IMG/VR virus record: IMGVR_UViG_2548876867_000017
Coordinates: 1 to 35,219 of that record
Length of the DNA stretch: 35,219 bases
Strand: one strand, 5' to 3'
Source: a virus
Taxonomy: Duplodnaviria > Heunggongvirae > Uroviricota > Caudoviricetes
The notes under the pieces are model-generated. The model did no database searches. It was not told the DNA's origin and was given only the letters and a program-made list of their open reading frames with translations. Below are positions 16,359 through 25,095 of this stretch, piece by piece. Positions within the stretch are counted from its first letter, which is position 1. Every line of letters begins with the position of its first letter. The position numbers and the translations under genes were made by a program.

Positions 16359-16829
16359 TTAGACTTTCTGGAAAACAGCTTGTTTAACCGGAGCACCATC
16401 TACTACAAAGGTGAAGGTACGGCCTACTACAGCATCCTCACCACCAGTCATGGTAGTTTTAGACAGGAAGCCGTTATAAGCGATATGTACACCAGATTTT
16501 TTCGTAGCGTCGATGTAGTAAGCAATTTTAAGCTGTACGCGCTTACCGTCTTCGGTTGCTTTAATCAGTTTTTCGTGTACTTCGTTACCCGGCATGTAGT
16601 TGATCGAAAGTTCGATATCCGGTACAGACATACGACCAACCAGCTTACGGTTATACGGACCACCGAAGTTAGGAACATCGACAGTAGAACGTTCTACACC
16701 AGTTTCCGGGAAAGCCGCACATTCTGGAATTTCCAGATAGGTTTCAGCATCAAGGTCTTTATTGCTTACGTCTTCTTGCAGAAACAGACCAACGAGGCCA
16801 CCAGAAAAAATATCAAATTTAGTAGTCAT
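16359..16829 (-). CDS. major tail tube protein (lambda gpV N-domain-like)
   Basis: 156 aa; segment LSINYMPGNE..KRVQLKIAYY resembles the gpV tube-domain pattern; strong codon bias; directly upstream of G/T chaperones. Confidence 0.65.
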   Translation of the reverse strand: MTTKFDIFSGGLVGLFLQEDVSNKDLDAETYLEIPECAAFPETGVERSTVDVPNFGGPYNRKLVGRMSVPDIELSINYMPGNEVHEKLIKATEDGKRVQLKIAYYIDATKKSGVHIAYNGFLSKTTMTGGEDAVVGRTFTFVVDGAPVKQAVFQKV

Positions 16830-16883
16830 TATTCTTTTCCTTCTATTTTAAACAATAGGGCACATACCCGTAATTCTATTTAT

Positions 16884-17186
16884 TTAGCGGTTGCTCAAAC
16901 GTCTATAACGAAGATGAGCGATCCCTCGATTTGTGCTAACTGTAATTACTGCCCCTTGCGGTGCAATACAAGAATGAATCTGTCCCCAATCATGACCCTT
17001 ATGGCTTCCAGAAACACAAAAACCATGAATAAACAATTCAGAGTCACCACCGCCACCACCGGAAGAATGAGCACAGAATGAAATAGTCCCGAAAGCGTCG
17101 GCTGTCCAACCGTTAGGAATATCAAACCATCCTTGATTTGCTTTACCCGCCCTATTCCCCAAAGCGCCATCTACCCAAAATGCCAT
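16884..17186 (-). CDS. glycine-rich small protein, paralog 3 of a tandem triplet
   Basis: 100 aa; shares WFDIPNGW motif and Gly-rich core with the two upstream ORFs; RBS AGGAG; start overlaps upstream stop. Confidence 0.55.
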   Translation of the reverse strand: MAFWVDGALGNRAGKANQGWFDIPNGWTADAFGTISFCAHSSGGGGGDSELFIHGFCVSGSHKGHDWGQIHSCIAPQGAVITVSTNRGIAHLRYRRLSNR

Positions 17187-17491
17187 TAGTGCATTCTCCT
17201 GAATTTGAAATAATGCAAACTACCTTTACCCAATGTAAAGCTAACGGTAGCACCAGCGCCAACTAAAGAACTAGCACCCCAACTCCCAGCATCACCAGCA
17301 TGATGGCCTGATTCAATCAATCCATTTACAGCCAATTCAGAATCAAGATCACCAGCACCGTTAATGGCTTCCATATGAGCAAAGACAATTCCGCATGAGT
17401 CAGTAACCCAACCGTTTGGGATATCAAAATATCCACCATTAGCCCAAATACTAATAGCATTAGACATTCTTTGATTTATCCATCCAGCCAT
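17186..17491 (-). CDS. glycine-rich small protein, paralog 2
   Basis: 101 aa; YFDIPNGW motif, Gly-rich, C-terminal YFKF; RBS GGAG. Confidence 0.55.
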   Translation of the reverse strand: MAGWINQRMSNAISIWANGGYFDIPNGWVTDSCGIVFAHMEAINGAGDLDSELAVNGLIESGHHAGDAGSWGASSLVGAGATVSFTLGKGSLHYFKFRRMH

Positions 17492-17493
17492 AA

Positions 17494-17790
17494 TTAAAAC
17501 TCCATGAATTTAAAATATTCAATACCACCATCACCGCCGTGTCCACAGGTGACAGTACAGCCAGCAGGAACAAAGGCATTTATAGTAGATCCCCAATTAT
17601 TCCCACCACGACGACGAGCAACGGTCAAACCATCTACGTTAATCACACCATCAGCCCATCCACCGCCAGCATTATGACGCATGACAGCGACACCAGCGCG
17701 AGCAGTACCATAGCCGTTAGGAATATCAAATACATGCCATTTTAAAGCATCGATTTTAGTATTAATTTCACTACTTACCCAATATCCCAT
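17494..17790 (-). CDS. glycine-rich small protein, paralog 1
   Basis: 98 aa; VFDIPNGY motif, Gly-rich, C-terminal YFKF; RBS AAGGA. Confidence 0.55.
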   Translation of the reverse strand: MGYWVSSEINTKIDALKWHVFDIPNGYGTARAGVAVMRHNAGGGWADGVINVDGLTVARRRGGNNWGSTINAFVPAGCTVTCGHGGDGGIEYFKFMEF

Positions 17791-17828
17791 ATAAGAATCC
17801 TTAGCGGAGATTTCTCCCCGCTTTCCAA

Positions 17829-20800
17829 TTACCCTAATTTAGCTTCAATTGCAGCAAGACGTTCACGAAGAAGTTTATTTTCTTCGCTCATTTCTTGGAC
17901 CGCTTTAATTAAAAGCGCGTTCACTGCGGAGTTTGAAATTGTTAAAATTTCTTCTGGGTTATCAAGACCACCAATTTTTGCGGTTTTAACAGCTTCCGGT
18001 AATACCTCTTGTAAATCCTGTGCGATAATACCAATCTCATGACCTATAACTTCTCGGTCATTAAGAGATTTAACTTTATCGTAGGTTTTAACTTTGAGTT
18101 TATTTACCTTATCCACCGCATTTTCTTCGTAATCTTCAACATTAATTTTCAGACGACCATCGGAACGAATATAAACATCGTTAAAGTTACCATTACCAGG
18201 AGAATAGAAAGTACCATCATGATGGAACTCGAATACAGCTTGAGGATGACCAGCCGCTGGCGATGCCTCCGCAGACCCAACACGAATAATTGCTTGCCCC
18301 CAATTTTGAGGAACACGACGCATACCAAAATCGACGGCAGTTGTATACCCTTGATTGGTGATTAAACTTCTTCCTTTAATAATTGGATAATAGCTATCTG
18401 GTCCAACATAGCCATGATCGACGAATATTGGCGCTTCTAAGCCCCATTGATCACCCCAACCTCCAGATTGGCTAGCAGTCCAACGTTCACCATGAACATA
18501 GAATCGAACGTTATTGACATGGGTCATTTCGACGCCTTTTGGACTTAGCGCGATATCCCCCGCGTTTGTAATGTTTACAGCAGCATTAGTAGCATAACTA
18601 TAGAACGCTAATCCATTATCAGCACCACCTTTACCGATATACCAGTTGTTATTATCGGCACAAGTACCCAGCAAATATATAGACGAATCGCCACTTTCGG
18701 CATTCATGATGATTGCATCAGATCCGCGATTAACTTTCAGTTTACCAAAGAAGGAGTTTTTAATGGTATTATCGCCTAATCGTTCAAATTCAGCTAAAAA
18801 TCCTTTTGAGTCACGAAGACTTAAAACGTTATTTCGACCTGTATTGCTTGCCCCCCAATGGACAAGTTCCATATAGTCCATAGATTGACGAGAACCAGCT
18901 TTAAAGAAAAGGTTGTCTTCAAGACGGGTACTACCATCAATTCCCAAATGCAAACAACGAGCAGTTTCAGTGCCACCTAAATCTAATCCACCTTCGGCGA
19001 AATCATAACTGAATGGTCTACGACTATTCCACGGTCCAAAGGAATCACCGAGATCTGTGGTAAGAATATGGAAACCAACACCATCATTTCTAAAAATTAA
19101 GCCATAATTGCCACCTTTAACAGCCAAACGAGCATTTTCAGATAATGCAACTTCGCTATTCATTACGATTTTCTGGCCTTTACCGCCAGTAATATGCAAT
19201 TCACCGTTTTCGATCAAGTTTATCGAGTTTTGACCGTTGTCGTTCCACCAAATAAAATCTTTGGTTGTTCCATCACCAAAACCAAACCAACCATTACGAA
19301 CATCTTGTCCAGTGCGATAATCCATGAAATTAAAATGGCTTGATTCGTTTGGTCCTCGACGAATATCAATACCAGAATTTCCACCAACACCACCATCCAA
19401 TGTTAATTTCTTGACATGTAACCCGGATGTTACTGTCAGCAATAATTCCTGGTTTGTATCTTCGTATCCAGTAGCAAGACGATATGCGTTATCATCAACT
19501 GTCTCATGCCAGATTGTAGCTGGTGCACAACTACGGAAGCGACGCAACATCTTTTTAGCATTTGTCGGTTGTTCGTTTAAATGCTCAATATCATATTGGC
19601 CTTGATGATTGCCAGCAAAATTTAACGTCCCACGGTTGCTAAAGTTATTGAACGATGAAATGTTAAGAGCATCAAAAATTTCATCTGCAACAGGTTTTTC
19701 ACCACCCAGATATTCAGGAGTATCCAACAGGTTTAAAGAAACACCACCGGAAGAAACTTGATATTCTGCTAAAACAAATCCTGTATGTGCACCGTAGTAA
19801 GCGTAAAGATCGTAATTATCACCATCGGTAGGAATTGCACAAAAATGTTGTTCGTGATACCAGATGCTATAATAAGCATTGAATACAACACCTTTCGGGC
19901 TATTGTTGCCGCATCGAATCACCAGTTCGATAATATTGGCTTGTCCATTCTGTCCGACGTTATAACCGTTGCCACCAACTAAGCGGATCTTAGCACTACG
20001 ACCGTGTTGCTGTGGCAGTGTTAAACTACCGAGTTTAAACCAACCGCCCTCGATCCCAAAATTAAGCGTCTTCTGGAACAGTCGGTCAATTTCTGCTTTC
20101 GAATATGCGCCAATTTCAGCCGGAGTAGGTTTATCACCTTCGTGATACATGCGGTGAGAATATGACAAGTTACCCAATTCATCGTAGCCGTATGTTTTTA
20201 CAGTCGGAACAACGTTAGAACCATATGTAAAATCAAAACCGCGAGAATGATTTAGACCGCTAGGATGTGGCACATGCAAAGCTAATGCCAAATGACCATC
20301 CATATCATTAGTACGGAATGCACCAAAATAATCAAGGTTACGCGCACTTGGATCATCAAAATAGTTTGCGGTCTTAGACAGCAAATAGCCATCAGTGTAA
20401 GTGTTTACGTGCTTTTTGATGTACTTGCCATCAGCAGATCCATCGGCTGCATCAATACGGCTTTCTAAGCGTGCCAGTTCGGAATCAGTGTAAGACTTGT
20501 TATTGTCAACTTTGCTATGAATTGCTGTATTTTTGGCCTCAACATCACGGGTTAATGCTGCGACGTTATCCGCTGCCTCCTGCTTATTGGCTGCAATCAC
20601 ACCAGCAAGATGATTGTAAGTGTCGGTTAACTGATTTCCCGCATAGGTTTTATTTGCTGCGATAGTGCGGTCAGTTTCTGCCTTAATCAAATCAACCTTG
20701 TCATTAATTGCTTTGTGATTGCTTGCGATGGTTGCATCAGTACGGGATTTAATATCATCAACTTTTTTATTGATGCGGGTGTCCAGTTCCTGTGTTGCTA

Positions 20801-21239
20801 CAGCAGCCGCATTTTTATTAGCATTGATAGTATCCGACAATTCAGCTTTAACACCAGCAAGGTCGGAAGCAGCTTTATTTTTATTGGCATCGATTGTCGC
20901 GTCGGTTTCGCGTTTAATTACATCAACTTTATTGTTAATTTCTGCGTGATTTGCTGCGATAGTAGAATCAGTAGTTTGTTTAATTTCATCTACTTTAGCG
21001 TGAATATTGCGGTCATTTACTACAATTGTGCTATCCAGTTCTTTTTTATTAGCATCAACTTTAGATTCTAGTGCCGCGTGAGTTTCAGGAGAAACAGAGA
21101 TTTGAACTACTTCATGATCTCGGTCTTTGGTAAAAATAACATGGTCTTTAAGGTTGATTGCTACCTCACCGACCTGTAATTGTTCCGGCGTTGGTTTTTT
21201 GCCAGAAACATTAGTTCGTTTAAATTGGATTGATTGCAT
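17829..21239 (-). CDS. side tail fiber protein with C-terminal intramolecular chaperone (peptidase S74-like) domain
   Basis: 1136 aa; N-terminal periodic KVDxIKxxTDxTIxANK repeats; C-terminal about 110 aa (SDGRLKINVEDYEENAVDKV...LRERLAAIEAKLG) matches the auto-cleaving chaperone domain of endosialidase / T5 L-shaped fiber type; RBS GAGGTG. Confidence 0.85.
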   Translation of the reverse strand: MQSIQFKRTNVSGKKPTPEQLQVGEVAINLKDHVIFTKDRDHEVVQISVSPETHAALESKVDANKKELDSTIVVNDRNIHAKVDEIKQTTDSTIAANHAEINNKVDVIKRETDATIDANKNKAASDLAGVKAELSDTINANKNAAAVATQELDTRINKKVDDIKSRTDATIASNHKAINDKVDLIKAETDRTIAANKTYAGNQLTDTYNHLAGVIAANKQEAADNVAALTRDVEAKNTAIHSKVDNNKSYTDSELARLESRIDAADGSADGKYIKKHVNTYTDGYLLSKTANYFDDPSARNLDYFGAFRTNDMDGHLALALHVPHPSGLNHSRGFDFTYGSNVVPTVKTYGYDELGNLSYSHRMYHEGDKPTPAEIGAYSKAEIDRLFQKTLNFGIEGGWFKLGSLTLPQQHGRSAKIRLVGGNGYNVGQNGQANIIELVIRCGNNSPKGVVFNAYYSIWYHEQHFCAIPTDGDNYDLYAYYGAHTGFVLAEYQVSSGGVSLNLLDTPEYLGGEKPVADEIFDALNISSFNNFSNRGTLNFAGNHQGQYDIEHLNEQPTNAKKMLRRFRSCAPATIWHETVDDNAYRLATGYEDTNQELLLTVTSGLHVKKLTLDGGVGGNSGIDIRRGPNESSHFNFMDYRTGQDVRNGWFGFGDGTTKDFIWWNDNGQNSINLIENGELHITGGKGQKIVMNSEVALSENARLAVKGGNYGLIFRNDGVGFHILTTDLGDSFGPWNSRRPFSYDFAEGGLDLGGTETARCLHLGIDGSTRLEDNLFFKAGSRQSMDYMELVHWGASNTGRNNVLSLRDSKGFLAEFERLGDNTIKNSFFGKLKVNRGSDAIIMNAESGDSSIYLLGTCADNNNWYIGKGGADNGLAFYSYATNAAVNITNAGDIALSPKGVEMTHVNNVRFYVHGERWTASQSGGWGDQWGLEAPIFVDHGYVGPDSYYPIIKGRSLITNQGYTTAVDFGMRRVPQNWGQAIIRVGSAEASPAAGHPQAVFEFHHDGTFYSPGNGNFNDVYIRSDGRLKINVEDYEENAVDKVNKLKVKTYDKVKSLNDREVIGHEIGIIAQDLQEVLPEAVKTAKIGGLDNPEEILTISNSAVNALLIKAVQEMSEENKLLRERLAAIEAKLG
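17832..18164 (-). other. predicted self-cleaving intramolecular chaperone domain of the tail fiber
   Basis: Begins at the conserved Ser of RSDGRLK (Ser codon at 18162-18164); expected to be removed after fiber trimerisation. Confidence 0.6.
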
Positions 21240-21267
21240 CTAATCACCTCACATAAAACAGGAATAA

Positions 21268-21285
21268 GGGAGGCGTTAACCTCCC
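21268..21285 (-). terminator. hairpin (candidate terminator) upstream of fiber gene
   Basis: GGGAGG-CGTTAA-CCTCCC hairpin between the 21313 stop and fiber start; moderately U-rich tail on minus strand. Confidence 0.4.
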
Positions 21286-21312
21286 CGCGTCATGTTTTAT
21301 TTAGAGAAGCAA

Positions 21313-22146
21313 TCAGTATTCCCCGAAATCGATCCGGTCATGGATAGAAACGGCTTCAATCTCGGCTGGTGTCGGTTTTTCTTCCGTGGAATACACTTTC
21401 ACCCATCCAGAATTACCGTCTTTCTGGACTGTGCGAACTCGTAAACGTGGTGCGCCGGAAGCGGTGCAAGTTAATTGCCATCCACCATCTTCATTAGGTT
21501 GAACGTGAATTAGTGAAGTATCAGCACTAAATGGGTTAGATGCGCTCGATCCCTGATAAGTTACGAAACGGTTTCCGGCTAATGCTTCGCTATCAATCGG
21601 ACCCGTGAATGGATTTACACCAGCACCCAAACCAAAATCACCTTGACGTAAGATCCGGCCTTCGGTAGCAATACCGCGATCTAGAATCCCGCCATCAGGT
21701 TCTAATTTAAACTCGATTGTAGTAACTTTGTTATCACCGGATTTTGTTTTATGTGACGAGACATAAGCGTCAAAAATGACGTAGTAACCTGTGTTAGCAG
21801 CACTATAGCCAGAGTTCACAACATAGAACATACGAAAGCGTAAAGGAGTTTTATCATTCACCGCTTTCATCAACATGTCTTGATGTTCGTCATCCAGAAC
21901 ACGGTTTACTACTAACGTAGTTGATTCAAGTTTACGATAGCCAGCAAGTTTACCCGTAGCGTCCTGATCATACTCTTCTAACGTCTGGATCTCTGTGGAT
22001 TCGGTTAGCGTAGGGAATGCTGCGACGTTCTCGATAGGACTAAATGCAGGATCGAAAAAGTCCGGCTGGTTATCCACCATAGTAGACACGGAGACTTCAA
22101 CATGCGACCCCGTGAAAATGTCTAAGTTATCTTGTGTAATATTCAT
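21313..22146 (-). CDS. structural protein with fiber-like KPTPAEI motif
   Basis: 277 aa; C-terminal EEKPTPAEIEAVS resembles GDKPTPAEIGAYS in the tail fiber; RBS AAGGGGT. Confidence 0.5.
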   Translation of the reverse strand: MNITQDNLDIFTGSHVEVSVSTMVDNQPDFFDPAFSPIENVAAFPTLTESTEIQTLEEYDQDATGKLAGYRKLESTTLVVNRVLDDEHQDMLMKAVNDKTPLRFRMFYVVNSGYSAANTGYYVIFDAYVSSHKTKSGDNKVTTIEFKLEPDGGILDRGIATEGRILRQGDFGLGAGVNPFTGPIDSEALAGNRFVTYQGSSASNPFSADTSLIHVQPNEDGGWQLTCTASGAPRLRVRTVQKDGNSGWVKVYSTEEKPTPAEIEAVSIHDRIDFGEY

Positions 22147-22155
22147 TATTACCCC

Positions 22156-22578
22156 TTAAAAACGCGCTACATAAGAAAATTTAAGGCTAAGTGTCCCAAC
22201 GATACCCCCATCACTAGAATCATCGTCATAATCGGTATTAGAAGCTACTGGAGTGATATCTGAAATAGAGAAGCCCAAATCTTTAAAACGTGGGTTATCC
22301 GGCTGAATCTGGATTATCTGGCAAATACCCTCATGAATTTTTGTTTCATGAATCTGAGAATATAATTGCATTTCGATAACGCATTCAGCTTGCATTGCAT
22401 TACCACCACGGACCCTATTGTAAGTCTCATTCATTCCGGTAATCCAACAAACCACGTCATCACTAAAGCCTTGCTGAGTTTGTTCTACGTTTAAAGCCAG
22501 ACCTAAATCTTGTTCGATAATATCCTGCAAGGCGCGTTTGATTTTCAGTCTAGGCATATTATTAACGGTAGCGAGCAT
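22156..22578 (-). CDS. hypothetical head-tail joining protein
   Basis: Start moved to ATG 22578 with RBS AGGGGG 7 nt upstream (ORF-track start 22659 overlaps upstream gene by 98 nt). Confidence 0.45.
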   Translation of the reverse strand: MLATVNNMPRLKIKRALQDIIEQDLGLALNVEQTQQGFSDDVVCWITGMNETYNRVRGGNAMQAECVIEMQLYSQIHETKIHEGICQIIQIQPDNPRFKDLGFSISDITPVASNTDYDDDSSDGGIVGTLSLKFSYVARF

Positions 22579-22852
22579 GTGTACCCCCTGCACGAGCAAT
22601 AAAGCAATCAGAAGTATTATCACCATTGCGCTTAACGTATTGAACTTTGAAGCGTTCACCGTCTACAATGACAACATCACCCTGATTTAAGTCTCCCTCA
22701 CGACAAAATAGAAATTCTGATTCTGTAATTACCCCTTGTTCGTCGGTAGTAGTAATTTCATGGTAAGCACGAATTGATTTACCACCTTCCACCGAAAATA
22801 CAGGAGCACTTTTAAACATTCTTGATAATTGTGATTCTGATAATTTGAACAT
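22562..22852 (-). CDS. hypothetical head completion / neck protein
   Basis: 96 aa; first gene after the capsid terminator; RBS AAGGGGG. Confidence 0.45.
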   Translation of the reverse strand: MFKLSESQLSRMFKSAPVFSVEGGKSIRAYHEITTTDEQGVITESEFLFCREGDLNQGDVVIVDGERFKVQYVKRNGDNTSDCFIARAGGTHARYR

Positions 22853-22882
22853 AGTTACCCCCTTTATGGAGTATTTACATAC

Positions 22883-22908
22883 AAAAAAGCCCCACCGTTA
22901 GGCAGGGC
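22883..22908 (-). terminator. intrinsic terminator after major capsid gene
   Basis: 8 bp stem with tetraloop followed on the minus-strand transcript by six U. Confidence 0.6.
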
Positions 22909-23043
22909 TAATTATTATTCTTTAGTTTTACGCTGTTTTTTAGCTGTGGCTTTCGCCTTAACCGTCTGGGATTCTTCTTCCGGTTCAGGAATCAGATTTT
23001 CTTCCCCCAAATCGGGGGAAGGTTCAGATGGTTCTACAGGAGT

Positions 23044-25050
23044 TCATTCAGCGGAGATGTGAAGAACTTTCAGCGCTTCCGGCTGGGTTACAACGTAATC
23101 CAGATCTACCCAGATACGCGGAACGATAGCAGACTGTGCGCGGTAGGTAGTGTCATCAATGTCAAGTTCCAGACCACCCCATTCACCGATGGTAATAGCG
23201 TCGAACGATCCCAGAACGATGTGGTCTACCGGAATAACACCAGAAGTAACTACGTCGTAACCAGCCAGTTTACCGTTTTCGATGATATAACCGGAAACGC
23301 CGTTATCTTTCAGGGTAGATTCCAGTTCAGCAGCAGTTGCACCGCTCATCGCAAACTTGATCGCCTGAGCAGGAACGCCAGCGTCCGTGAGCTTTGCAAT
23401 CTCCTTGAGGAAGTCTTTATAAGAGAAAGCAGCTTTCTTCTCTACGCGACCAGCATCTACCAGTTGTTTAATCACACCAGCCGGACCACGAGCATTTTCT
23501 TTGTCGGACAGAATCAGTTGTTCCAGTTTGATGCGAACAGCCTGGTTAATGTGATCAGTGATCAGGGTAGCGATGCCGGGTACGGTCTTGAGGCTAGCTC
23601 TGCTGATCGGATTCCCACCAGCAAACGTCTTAGGAGCCATTTTCACGTTTGCAAATTCAGCTTTACCTTCCGGCGCAGCACCGTTTTCATCAACGAAGCC
23701 GAAAGATTCAACGCTGGAAGCGGTCATTTTAGGAATAGCGGTCGGTGAAGTCAGACCAGACAGGACTTTCACACCAAGACGACCCAGAACGGATTCCGGC
23801 AACAGCATCGCTACATAGGAATCATTCAGCAGTTTTTCGTCGGTTACAGCGGTCAGAGTAGCTTTGGTGTTACCATCAGCAGCAGCACGCATAGCAGCAG
23901 TCGGAACGAATACAGAGCCACCGCGAGCAGCACGACCACGCTGCATAGTTGCAGTAGCAGCCATTGCAGAAAACTCGGCTTCGTGAGCACCCAGAGCTTC
24001 ACCATCTACCAGAGAGCGAATTACGTTGTTCAGGTCAAAAGTTTTTTCCATTTTAGAGTCCTTAATTTGTTGTTCGTTATTACGTTGAGCATTGGTAATG
24101 TTATTTAGTGCCTTAGTGCGGAATGCTTCCGGCGTCATATCTTTAATTGCCAATGCGCGTTCTAATTCTTCGTCGTTAATATTTAACTCACGAGCGATTG
24201 CTCGGATTTCTTCTTCGTCTTCTTCGGAACGTTCAGCCACTTCTTCGATTTTTTCTTCTTCAACCGGAGCAGCTTCACGTTCTTCTTTTACTTCTTCTGT
24301 TTCCCGAACAGTTGAACTATCATCATCAACACTTTCAGGATGTTCAGCGTCTTTTCCGTCTTCGAGATTTTCATCTTCTTTATTCTCTTCAACTTGGCGC
24401 TCTTGAGTTTCTTCTACTTCCGATTCTTTATTTTCTTCTACCGGAGTTTCTTCAACCTGAGCGGATTCTTGTTCTTCTTTGATTTCTTCAATTTGTTCTT
24501 TAGTCATATCGCGTTTAGCCTCCAAATTAACTGTGATAGTATTTAGAGAGCGATTTAAACCGACCGAATCGTCCGCCGGGACCGTAACAAAACTTAATTC
24601 GAAAGGAACAAACTTAGTAACAATCAATTGTCCTTTGGCATAATCGATGTGATATTCTTTAATGTCATAGCCGACAGAAATTTTTTCCATCGTACCTTCA
24701 ATGACCTTATTACGAATATCATTAGCCAAAGTGCCATGCTTAGAGAATCTAACGGTCGCACGGCCTACTTTATCCGCATCGATTCGAGCGTTACAAACGA
24801 CACCTAAATGATTATCGAAATTATGATTAAACAGCAACGGAGCGTTATTATTCAGACGAGACAGATCAACCGCTTCCGGTGTATGTATCAGAATTTCATC
24901 TAATACCACCATTTCTTGATTTTGCTCATCCCAGAATTGGCGCTGATAAGGCTGTTCACTGGAGAAAGCAATTTCAAATTCGTATTGATCGTTATGCCCT
25001 TCGTTAATAACTCCACCGTAACCGTTAAGTTCGCGGCGAAATTTAAGCAT
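23044..25050 (-). CDS. fused prohead protease - scaffold-like linker - major capsid protein (HK97 fold)
   Basis: 668 aa; N-terminus has HK97-type protease motifs (APLLFNHNFDNHLGVV, ISVGYDI, ELSFVTVPADDSV); acidic Glu-rich middle; C-terminal about 350 aa with capsid-like pattern and strong codon bias; RBS AAAGGTGA. Confidence 0.8.
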   Translation of the reverse strand: MLKFRRELNGYGGVINEGHNDQYEFEIAFSSEQPYQRQFWDEQNQEMVVLDEILIHTPEAVDLSRLNNNAPLLFNHNFDNHLGVVCNARIDADKVGRATVRFSKHGTLANDIRNKVIEGTMEKISVGYDIKEYHIDYAKGQLIVTKFVPFELSFVTVPADDSVGLNRSLNTITVNLEAKRDMTKEQIEEIKEEQESAQVEETPVEENKESEVEETQERQVEENKEDENLEDGKDAEHPESVDDDSSTVRETEEVKEEREAAPVEEEKIEEVAERSEEDEEEIRAIARELNINDEELERALAIKDMTPEAFRTKALNNITNAQRNNEQQIKDSKMEKTFDLNNVIRSLVDGEALGAHEAEFSAMAATATMQRGRAARGGSVFVPTAAMRAAADGNTKATLTAVTDEKLLNDSYVAMLLPESVLGRLGVKVLSGLTSPTAIPKMTASSVESFGFVDENGAAPEGKAEFANVKMAPKTFAGGNPISRASLKTVPGIATLITDHINQAVRIKLEQLILSDKENARGPAGVIKQLVDAGRVEKKAAFSYKDFLKEIAKLTDAGVPAQAIKFAMSGATAAELESTLKDNGVSGYIIENGKLAGYDVVTSGVIPVDHIVLGSFDAITIGEWGGLELDIDDTTYRAQSAIVPRIWVDLDYVVTQPEALKVLHISAE

Positions 25051-25095
25051 TTAATCACCTTTAATTAATTGGGGGCATTGCGCCCCCGTTGGTTA

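Noticed and set aside
16380-17081. Plus-strand ORF of 233 aa overlapping tail tube and paralog genes, and similar antisense ORFs at 7069..8025, 13315..14893, 18039..21071, 23059..24546, 28434..28928
   Set aside because: They lie antisense to well-supported minus-strand genes with SD sites and conserved synteny; products are low-complexity (Ser/Leu/Phe-rich), typical of shadow ORFs
21313-22146. Calling the 277 aa protein the major tail tube protein
   Set aside because: The 156 aa gene directly upstream of the G/T chaperones has the better gpV-like pattern and the canonical position; the 277 aa protein instead shares a fiber motif
25071-25087. Hairpin GGGGGC-ATTGC-GCCCCC between portal and capsid genes as a terminator
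   Set aside because: No U-run on either strand; more likely an RNA stability or processing element, or coincidental
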